The position numbers were made by a program, and so were the translations under genes. From the NCBI GenBank assembly GCA_014801865.1, contig JAAVDH010000039.1, forward strand, positions 3,657 to 67,656: a DNA stretch of 64,000 nucleotides. The letters run 5' to 3'. Source of the DNA: Bacteroides sp. GTDB taxonomy: Bacteria; Bacteroidota; Bacteroidia; Bacteroidales; Muribaculaceae. This document shows, in pieces, positions 50,569 through 58,747 of this stretch (position 1 is its first letter; the number at the start of each line of letters is the position of its first letter). Below the pieces are notes generated by a model that was given only the letters and a program-made list of their open reading frames with translations, did no database searches and was not told where the DNA came from.

Positions 50569-52929
50569 ATGTTACTATCATCACTTTTGCTATTGCTCGG
50601 ATGTATGCTTTCGTTGCCGGGAACAGTAGATACCGCCCGTTCGCTCGAGGCGGAGGCCGCTGTGAAACCGGTGCTGGAGGAGTGTGTGCTCCACGCGGGC
50701 GACAGCATTATTTCATTTGATGTAGACCCACGGGGAGGACGTGCCAAGGGACATCCCTCTGATCCGGATTATGCGGTCTACGGTCACAAGTCGGTATATT
50801 TCGACTTGGGTGGCCGCTCTATCGAGGATTACAACCGTCTCGAATTCATCATCACTCCCGAATGTCCCGGCCTCAGGGTGATTAATCTCACCGTGGGCTT
50901 TGAAAATGCCTCGGCTGTGGGCAAAGGGTATAACGCTCCGGTAGGGGAGCATCTTATTCACCTCGACAACGGCAGGGAGAACCACTGTTACCTTGAGGTG
51001 GCCGATCTTCGGCGCGACAATATGAGCGGACTCCGCTTTACGGTGACTCTTAAGGGCGCCGACCTAAATGTCAAAGGGGAGTCGAAGATTCATATCAAAA
51101 GAATAGCGGCACAGCGTGTGCCATATACAGAGCAGATAAGCGGTTGGGCTCCTCAGTCTGACCGTATCATCTACTCTATGAGCGGCTATGCGGCCGACGG
51201 AAAAAAGACGGCAATAGTAAGTTGCGACCGTCTGAAGAAGGATAAGGAGTTTATTCTGCGTGATGCCGATACGCGACGTGTGGTTCTTGAAGGTAAATCC
51301 GAAGTGCAGTCTACCACAACAGGACGCTATGGCGTGATAGATTTCAGCAGCGTTGACCGCCCGGGCCGTTATCTGCTTGAAGCTGGCGGACTGACCACAG
51401 ATACGTTTACTATAGGTTGTGACAGTCAGCTTTGGGATGAGTCGTGTGGCAAAGTTCTCAATTTTATCTACAGTATGCGATGCGGATACCCGGTGTTTGG
51501 CGTCCACTCTATGTGCCATACCGACCTGTTCAGTGTACATAATGGGGTGAGTCGCTCTTACGCGGGTGGTTGGCACGATGCCGGTGACCTCTCGCAGCAG
51601 ACTCTCCAGACTGCCGATGTCGTTTACTCTCTGCTTGAACTCTATGACCGGAAGCGCGACTCAGATCCCGCCTTCGCTTCGCGTCTCAGAGAGGAGGCCT
51701 TGTGGGGACTCGACTTCATATTACGTACACGATATGGCGACGGTTACCACGCCAGTAGTATGGGACTGCTGATATGGACCGACGGGGTCATGGGTAGCCA
51801 TGACGATATAACCACCGTAAGAGTGCAGAACGCTTCGTTTGACAACTATCTCTACGCGGCCTATGAGGCTTATGCGGCCAAGATACTTGCCGATGACAGT
51901 GCTTTCGCCACTTACCTTACCCAGGTAGCTCAGGAAGATTATGACTTCGCTTGCGAGAAGTTCAGGGAAAGCGGGTTCGGAGGATGGATTTCGCCCTACG
52001 AGCATACTTACTGCACAAGCGAGAGTCAGCACATGGCCTCGGCAAGCTGGGCGGCTTCGATGCTTTATGATCTTACAGGCAATCCTGACTATGCCGGTGA
52101 TGCTGTCAATTATGCACGCTACGTTCTCGACTGCCGATGCACGGTGCCGGTGGGCAAAGAGGAACTTAGCGGATTCTTCTACCGCACACCGGAGAAAAAA
52201 TCGGTGGTACACTTCATTCACCAGTCGCGCGAGCAGGTCTACATGCAGGCTTTTGAGGCCTTGTGCCGTACCCAACCTACGCATAGCGACAAGCCACAGT
52301 GGTATGACGCTATCTGCGATTACGGCCGGTATCTTAAGGCCATTATGAAGTATACCGCTCCCTACGGTATGTTGCCGAGCGGCATATACCATGAGGATGA
52401 GCCCTCCGATACTGATGCATTCTTCGCGCTCCATCTGTTTCCGCCGTCTGACGCCAAGGAGCGTTTTGCCACGCAGCGCAAGCATGGAGTAGATGTAGGC
52501 GACGGCTATTTCGTGAAGCGTTTCCCAGTGTGGTTCAATATCTATAACGGCAATCTTGCCGTGCACACCTCTATGGGTAAGTCAGCGGCAATATGTGCCA
52601 AGTGTATGCAGGATGATACACTTATGGATATAGCCCGCGAACAGCTCTACTGGATTGTGGGTAAGAATCCTTTCGCTCAGTCATTGATTTATGGCGAGGG
52701 TCATCGCTATCCTGACCTGAACAATTTCTCTTCAGGACGTATTACAGGGGCAATGCCTGTAGGTATCCGTAGTCTTGACGACAGTGACGAGCCATACTGG
52801 CCCCAGTTTAATTGTGCTTGCTACAAGGAGGTCTGGGTCACCTCTGCCGGAAAATGGCTATCTTTAGTAGCCGAAACTGACGGGTTTGCTGAAAACGGCT
52901 CTCAGCCGCTATACTCTAAGGCTGAGTAA
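50569..52929 (+). CDS. Glycoside hydrolase family 9 (exo-beta-glucosaminidase-like candidate)
   Basis: Signal peptide, Ig-like domain (SGYAADGKKTA), GGWHDAGD, WIVGKNP, C-terminal YKEVW acid. Confidence 0.85.
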   Translation: MLLSSLLLLLGCMLSLPGTVDTARSLEAEAAVKPVLEECVLHAGDSIISFDVDPRGGRAKGHPSDPDYAVYGHKSVYFDLGGRSIEDYNRLEFIITPECPGLRVINLTVGFENASAVGKGYNAPVGEHLIHLDNGRENHCYLEVADLRRDNMSGLRFTVTLKGADLNVKGESKIHIKRIAAQRVPYTEQISGWAPQSDRIIYSMSGYAADGKKTAIVSCDRLKKDKEFILRDADTRRVVLEGKSEVQSTTTGRYGVIDFSSVDRPGRYLLEAGGLTTDTFTIGCDSQLWDESCGKVLNFIYSMRCGYPVFGVHSMCHTDLFSVHNGVSRSYAGGWHDAGDLSQQTLQTADVVYSLLELYDRKRDSDPAFASRLREEALWGLDFILRTRYGDGYHASSMGLLIWTDGVMGSHDDITTVRVQNASFDNYLYAAYEAYAAKILADDSAFATYLTQVAQEDYDFACEKFRESGFGGWISPYEHTYCTSESQHMASASWAASMLYDLTGNPDYAGDAVNYARYVLDCRCTVPVGKEELSGFFYRTPEKKSVVHFIHQSREQVYMQAFEALCRTQPTHSDKPQWYDAICDYGRYLKAIMKYTAPYGMLPSGIYHEDEPSDTDAFFALHLFPPSDAKERFATQRKHGVDVGDGYFVKRFPVWFNIYNGNLAVHTSMGKSAAICAKCMQDDTLMDIAREQLYWIVGKNPFAQSLIYGEGHRYPDLNNFSSGRITGAMPVGIRSLDDSDEPYWPQFNCACYKEVWVTSAGKWLSLVAETDGFAENGSQPLYSKAE

Positions 52930-52964
52930 AAACGAAAAAAACAAACAATATTTAAGCAATAGAT

Positions 52965-53774
52965 ATGAAAATTTTAAAAAACATACTGGCATTATTTGCC
53001 ATCGCAATATCTCTTTGTGCTTCTGCTCAGGGCAGTGACTACCCTGCAAATTATGCCCGCGCCCCTCGTTTTAAGGCGCTCCTGGTTTATTCTGACACGG
53101 CAGAGCCGGCTCATGTAGACTTCGCTAATGATGCCGTTGACTTTTTCAAGCGTCTCACAGTAGGCGACGGGTGGATTCTCGATACTTCAACCACTTTCGC
53201 AGGCTACAGCTACGAACGTCTCAAGGAGTATAACATGCTCATTGTAATCAATATCTCTCCGGCCCCCGGCGCAGAGCGTGAAGCCTTTGAGAAGTATATG
53301 GAGAATGGCGGAGGCTGGCTCGGTTTTCATGCCGCCGGTTACACTGACCGTTCGACCGATTGGGCGTGGTTCAACCGATTCCTCGGTTGCGGTAATTTCT
53401 ATTGCAACAACTGGCCTCCGCAGCCCGTACTGCTGACTCTCGACAATACAACGTGTGATATCACACGCAATCTGCCCGCAGAGTTCGTTGCTCCCGAGAG
53501 TGAGTGGTATCAGTTCAATCCTTCACCTCGTGAGAACGCTGATGTGGAGATACTTGCTTCGATATCTCCCAAGAATTATCCGCTGGGCATCAAGGATGTG
53601 ATAAGCTTCGGTGACTTCCCTATAGCGTGGCGCAACAAGAATTACCGAATGGTATATCTTAACTACGGTCACGGCGACAAGGAGTTTACTGACGCTACGC
53701 AGAATCTCATGACCGTAAATGCTTTCCGCTACGTGGCAAGTCATGCTCCCGAAGGTAATCCTTTTAATAAGTAA
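52965..53774 (+). CDS. Stand-alone secreted ThuA-like domain protein
   Basis: Signal peptide ASA|Q; GGGWLGFHAA, SEWY, DFPIAW and YGH, parallel to the GH18 C-domain. Confidence 0.85.
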   Translation: MKILKNILALFAIAISLCASAQGSDYPANYARAPRFKALLVYSDTAEPAHVDFANDAVDFFKRLTVGDGWILDTSTTFAGYSYERLKEYNMLIVINISPAPGAEREAFEKYMENGGGWLGFHAAGYTDRSTDWAWFNRFLGCGNFYCNNWPPQPVLLTLDNTTCDITRNLPAEFVAPESEWYQFNPSPRENADVEILASISPKNYPLGIKDVISFGDFPIAWRNKNYRMVYLNYGHGDKEFTDATQNLMTVNAFRYVASHAPEGNPFNK

Positions 53775-53779
53775 GAGAA

Positions 53780-55039
53780 ATGAATAAGGGAATTTCAGTT
53801 TTTACTATGGTCATATCACTCGCTACTGTCGCCTGCACCGGGGGCAGTGGCGAGTACGCCTCTTCGGAAAAGAACTTTCTGCATGTCGACGGGCATAATA
53901 TCGTAGACTCAAAGGGTGACACGTTCTATATCAAAGGTACCAATCTCGGCAATTGGCTCAACCCCGAGGGATATATGTTTGGCTTTGCCAAGATTAATTC
54001 TGCCCGCAAAATCAATGAGGCGCTGTGTGAACTCGTAGGACCTACCGAGGCAGCACGCTTCTGGCAGGAGTTTAAGGATAATTATATCACGTCAGCCGAC
54101 TTTGAGTTTATATCCTCGACAGGAGCCAACACGGTCAGAGTACCGTTTCACTACAAGCTCTTCACTAATGAGGACTACATGGGGCTTAATGATGCTGAAG
54201 AAGGTTTCCGCCGCCTTGACAGTTGCGTGGTGTGGGCGCGCAATAATAATCTGCGCCTTATACTGGATATGCACGACTGCCCCGGCGGTCAGACCGGCGA
54301 TAATATTGACGATAGCTATGGTTATCCATGGCTCATGACTGACACTGTGGCTCAGGAGCAGTTTATAGACATCTGGGCAAAGATAGCCGATTATTACGCC
54401 GACGAGGATGTGATACTCGGTTATGAGCTTGCCAACGAACCTGTGGCTACTTACTGGGAAGGTGCCGAACGCGACTCGCTCAATGCCGCCCTTGAACCAT
54501 TGTATAAGCGTGCTGTGGCTGAAATCCGTAAGCACGACGCCAATCATATAGTATTGTTAGGCGGTCCGCAGTGGAACAGCTATTTCGGTAATTTTACCGA
54601 CTGGACCTTTGATGATAACATCATGTATACCTGCCACAGATATGGCGGCGACGCAACACGTGAGGCCATCGACGAGTACATATCATTCCGTGATAAAACC
54701 AACCTACCTATGTATATGGGTGAGATCGGCCATAATACGGATGAATGGATGAGTAACTTTGTCGATGTAATGCGACAGAATAATATCGGTTACACTTTCT
54801 GGCCTTACAAGAAGATTGGCGACAGCTCCATGACCGGGGTACAGGCTCCTGAGGAATGGGGCAGTCTGGTGGAGTATGTAGAGGCTCCACGAACTTCTTA
54901 CGGAGAAATCCGTGAGGCCAGAAAACTTTGTTCTCAGCAGCAGGGCAGGGCATTGCTGAATGAATTTATAGAAAATGCCAAAGCCGAAAAAATGCTCAGA
55001 CACGATAACTACATATCGGCTATCCAACTCAATAAGTAA
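53780..55039 (+). CDS. Glycoside hydrolase family 5 lipoprotein
   Basis: Lipobox TVAC; GTNLGNWLNPEGYM, LDMH, NEP acid/base, GEIG nucleophile, WPYK. Confidence 0.92.
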   Translation: MNKGISVFTMVISLATVACTGGSGEYASSEKNFLHVDGHNIVDSKGDTFYIKGTNLGNWLNPEGYMFGFAKINSARKINEALCELVGPTEAARFWQEFKDNYITSADFEFISSTGANTVRVPFHYKLFTNEDYMGLNDAEEGFRRLDSCVVWARNNNLRLILDMHDCPGGQTGDNIDDSYGYPWLMTDTVAQEQFIDIWAKIADYYADEDVILGYELANEPVATYWEGAERDSLNAALEPLYKRAVAEIRKHDANHIVLLGGPQWNSYFGNFTDWTFDDNIMYTCHRYGGDATREAIDEYISFRDKTNLPMYMGEIGHNTDEWMSNFVDVMRQNNIGYTFWPYKKIGDSSMTGVQAPEEWGSLVEYVEAPRTSYGEIREARKLCSQQQGRALLNEFIENAKAEKMLRHDNYISAIQLNK

Positions 55040-55050
55040 GTTATTAGAAC

Positions 55051-57309
55051 ATGAAAACCAATCTTATCACTGCGGCACTCGTGGCGGCTATGTTTACGGC
55101 CACAGCATCTTTTGCCGATGTGCCTGCATATCTTGATGACTCTCTGCCGATAGAGGAGAGGGTGAATGACGCTTTGTCGAAAATGACGGTAGCTGAGAAG
55201 GTGGCTATCATCCATGCTCAGAGCAAATTCAGTTCTCCCGGTGTGCAACGTCTCGGCATACCAGGCGTATGGTGTACGGACGGCCCTCACGGTATTCGCC
55301 CCGATGTACTGTGGGACGAATGGGATCAGGCCGGCGCTACAAACGATTCGTGTGTGGCATTTCCAGCGCTGACCTGTCTCGCCGCCACATGGAATCCCGA
55401 GATGTCGTATCTCTATGGAAAGTCTATCGGTGAGGAAGCACGCTACAGAAACAAGAATGTGCTCCTCGGGCCGGGCGTTAATATCAACCGCACTCCTCTC
55501 AACGGACGTAATTTCGAGTACATGGGTGAGGACCCCTACCTGTCATCGCGTATAGTGGTGCCCTATATCAAGGGTGTGCAGGAGAATGGTGTCGCAGCGT
55601 GTGTCAAGCACTATGCTCTCAATAATCAGGAGGTGGATCGTGCGTTTGTCAATGTACTGGTCGATGACCGCACTCTTCACGAAATATATCTTCCTGCCTT
55701 TAAGGCGGCGGTGACCGAGGGCGAAGCCTGGGCCATCATGCCCGGATATAATAAGTATAATGGTGAACATGCGTGTGAAAATCCGGTGCTTCTGCTTGAC
55801 ATTCTTAAGGGAGACTGGGGATTTGACGGAGTAGCCATAAGTGACTGGGGAGCTGTGCATAACACAGATAAAGTGGCGCAGAGCGGACTGGATATGGAGT
55901 TCGGTTCGTGGACCAACGGTCTCAACTGGGGTGCGAGCAACGCTTATGACAATTACTATCTGGCCAAACCCTATGAGAAGATGATACTTGACGGCACACT
56001 CCCGATGGATGGCCTTGACGACAAGGCCCGCAGAGTGCTGAGACTGATAATGCGCACTGAGATGAACCGCCATCGTCCTTACGGCTCGCTCAATAGCGAT
56101 GAGCATTATGCCGCCGCACGTAAGATAGGCGGTGAGGGTATAGTGTTGTTGAAAAACCAGAACGACCTTCTGCCCGTCAGCTCCGAAGTCAGAAAGATAC
56201 TTGTAGTAGGGGAGAACGCCATAAAAATGATGACCGTAGGCGGAGGTTCTTCGTCGCTGAAAGTACAGCGTGAGATGCTTCCTCTTGACGGGATAAAGGC
56301 CAAGGCGGCCGACTGCGGTATAGAGGTGGCCTATGAGCGCGGCTATGTGGGTGATGTCACCGGAGAGTACAACGGCGTGACCACAGGTCAGAATCTCAAT
56401 GATGACCGTTCGGCCGAGCAGCTGATCGCCGATGCCGTTAAGGCAGCCAAGGAGGCTGATATGGTGATTTTTATCGGTGGACTTAATAAGGCTGATCATC
56501 AGAATGCAGAAGCAACCGACCGCGAGAGTTTCGCTCTACCCTACAATCAGGATCGTGTGATCGAGGCTCTTTACGAGGCCAATCCCCGTCTGGTGGTGAT
56601 GAATCTTACCGGCAACGCTTATTCGATGCCCTGGGTTAATAAGGTTCCGGCAATAGTTCAGGGATGGTATATCGGCTCTGAGGCGGGCAATGCCATTGCC
56701 GATGTGCTGTTTGGCGACGTGAATCCTTCCGGCAAACTTCCTATGACGTTTGCTAAGGAACTTAAGGATTATGCCGCTCATGCTGAGGCTGATTCAACGA
56801 TGTATCCCGGTGTAGGGGGCGATGTGATATATAAGGAGGGGTTGAACGTCGGCTACCGGTATACGGACCGCCTTAAGCCCTCGCGTATCAACTATGCTTT
56901 TGGCCACGGACTGAGTTATACCGACTTTAAGCTCGGTAAGCCGGAGTTGTCCGTCGCCGGAGATGAGAGTGACGTGAGATATACCGTGACTGTTCCCGTA
57001 ACGAATATCGGTGGCGTAGATGGCGCGGAGGTCGTTCAGGCGTATGTGCGCGATGTCAAGAGTAGCGTTGCCCGACCGGAGAAAGAGCTTAGGGCTTTTG
57101 CTAAGGTAAAGGTGGCTCCCGGACAGACCGAAGAGGCTGTTCTGACATTCGACCGCAACGCTTTTGCATACTATGACCCGGACGATGCGAAGTGGACTCT
57201 TGAAGCCGGCAAGTTTGAGATACTTATAGGTACGTCATCTGACAACATTGTGGCTAAAGTGCCGGTTACCGTCGGCAAGTCGCAGAAGTGGGCCGACTCT
57301 GAGCGCTAA
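55051..57309 (+). CDS. Glycoside hydrolase family 3 beta-glucosidase-like (with Fn3 domain)
   Basis: DGPHG, GRNFEYMGEDP, KHY, ISDWG nucleophile, PSGKLPMTF and FGHGLSYT motifs. Confidence 0.95.
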   Translation: MKTNLITAALVAAMFTATASFADVPAYLDDSLPIEERVNDALSKMTVAEKVAIIHAQSKFSSPGVQRLGIPGVWCTDGPHGIRPDVLWDEWDQAGATNDSCVAFPALTCLAATWNPEMSYLYGKSIGEEARYRNKNVLLGPGVNINRTPLNGRNFEYMGEDPYLSSRIVVPYIKGVQENGVAACVKHYALNNQEVDRAFVNVLVDDRTLHEIYLPAFKAAVTEGEAWAIMPGYNKYNGEHACENPVLLLDILKGDWGFDGVAISDWGAVHNTDKVAQSGLDMEFGSWTNGLNWGASNAYDNYYLAKPYEKMILDGTLPMDGLDDKARRVLRLIMRTEMNRHRPYGSLNSDEHYAAARKIGGEGIVLLKNQNDLLPVSSEVRKILVVGENAIKMMTVGGGSSSLKVQREMLPLDGIKAKAADCGIEVAYERGYVGDVTGEYNGVTTGQNLNDDRSAEQLIADAVKAAKEADMVIFIGGLNKADHQNAEATDRESFALPYNQDRVIEALYEANPRLVVMNLTGNAYSMPWVNKVPAIVQGWYIGSEAGNAIADVLFGDVNPSGKLPMTFAKELKDYAAHAEADSTMYPGVGGDVIYKEGLNVGYRYTDRLKPSRINYAFGHGLSYTDFKLGKPELSVAGDESDVRYTVTVPVTNIGGVDGAEVVQAYVRDVKSSVARPEKELRAFAKVKVAPGQTEEAVLTFDRNAFAYYDPDDAKWTLEAGKFEILIGTSSDNIVAKVPVTVGKSQKWADSER

Positions 57310-57390
57310 CTTACTTATTTGAAAGTAAACAATGAGTTAGTGAGGTTCAAACGATATTTTGTATTATCTTTGAGTGACTTTTTCGAGTGA

Positions 57391-57448
57391 TTTTTGCTCT
57401 ATGTATCAAGAGTGTGTTAAGTTATATAACTGATACATAGAGCAAAAA
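57391..57448. repeat. Perfect 18-bp inverted repeat upstream of the NagX-like gene
   Basis: TTTTTGCTCTATGTATCA-N22-TGATACATAGAGCAAAAA, preceded by TATCTTTG (-7-like) at 57365. Confidence 0.75.
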
Positions 57449-57574
57449 CCGCCTTAAATGAGATAACTGCCTTAAATAAATAAGTAAGTGAGAAAAATAA
57501 ATGAATATATAAAACGAAGTCATTTTATTGTTCAAGTATTTTTATTCACCTATAACTCTTAGAACTTACTTAGT

Positions 57575-58714
57575 ATGATACCCGATAAGAAGAAGAAAAG
57601 CAGATTGCTCTCGCTTGATGTCATGCGTGGCATCACGATAGCTGGAATGATATTGGTTAATAACCCCGGCACTTGGAGCGATATCTACGCCCCTCTACGT
57701 CATGCCGAGTGGCATGGCCTGACACCGACTGACCTCGTGTTTCCGTTCTTTATGTTCATCATGGGCGTGTCGACTTACATGTCGCTGCGCAAGTATGATT
57801 TCCGTTTGTCATGGGCTGCTGTGTCGAAGATAACGAGACGCACAGCGGTGATATTTCTCATCGGCCTTATTCTGGCATGGATAGGATTGCTTGTGGGAGG
57901 CATAGCTTCGGGAGCAGCGCTGATTGACGCAGCGCTGTCGTTTGACCATATAAGGATTCTCGGCGTGTTGCCCCGACTGGCGCTTGCCTATGGAGTGGCT
58001 TCACTGGTAGCATTGGCGTGTCGCAACAGGTATTTGCCTGTCGTGGCTGTAGGGCTGCTTGTTGTCTATAGTGTGATACTGATTTTTGGTAATGGATTCG
58101 CCTTCTCTGAGGACAATGTTATAGCTGTAGTCGATCGTTGTGTGCTGGGCGAAAACCACATGTATACCGACTGGGTAGGGGGTGTGCGACTTCATTTTGA
58201 CCCTGAGGGTCTGTTGGGTATCATTCCCTCTGTGGCTCATGTGCTGATAGGTTTCATGGTAGGAGAGATGCTTATGAGCGATGGTGACAACAGTCGCCGT
58301 GCGCTGAAGGTGCTTATACTCGGCACAAGCCTTACCTTCGCGGGACTTCTGCTGAGTTACGGTATTCCCGTAAATAAAAAGATATGGTCGCCTACGTTTG
58401 TGCTGACCACCTGTGGACTGGCTTCGTCGTTGCTCGGTCTGCTTATCTATGTGATAGATGTAAGGAAGCATGCCGGGTGGTGTCGGTTCTTCGAGGTGTT
58501 TGGCGTTAATCCGTTGGCGCTGTATGTGCTGGCCACGGTGCTGAGTATTTATCCCGGGTGGATGGTGCAGGGTCCGATTATGGAGTCATGTATCATACCT
58601 CTCTGCTGCGGAAATATGAAGCTCGCCTCGCTGGTATTTGCCCTCCTGTTTGTCGGTATAATATGGCTTGCAGGTCTGCCGCTCTATAAGCGTAGAATCT
58701 ATATAAAAATCTAA
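57575..58714 (+). CDS. nagX: Heparan-alpha-glucosaminide N-acetyltransferase-like membrane protein (NagX / DUF5009 type)
   Basis: RLLSLDVMRG, MILVNNPG, LRHAEWHG (conserved His), DLVFPFF, DPEGLL and NKKIWSP motifs. Confidence 0.88.
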   Translation: MIPDKKKKSRLLSLDVMRGITIAGMILVNNPGTWSDIYAPLRHAEWHGLTPTDLVFPFFMFIMGVSTYMSLRKYDFRLSWAAVSKITRRTAVIFLIGLILAWIGLLVGGIASGAALIDAALSFDHIRILGVLPRLALAYGVASLVALACRNRYLPVVAVGLLVVYSVILIFGNGFAFSEDNVIAVVDRCVLGENHMYTDWVGGVRLHFDPEGLLGIIPSVAHVLIGFMVGEMLMSDGDNSRRALKVLILGTSLTFAGLLLSYGIPVNKKIWSPTFVLTTCGLASSLLGLLIYVIDVRKHAGWCRFFEVFGVNPLALYVLATVLSIYPGWMVQGPIMESCIIPLCCGNMKLASLVFALLFVGIIWLAGLPLYKRRIYIKI

Positions 58715-58747
58715 TAACCAATTTTCTGATAACCAATCTTTGCAGTG

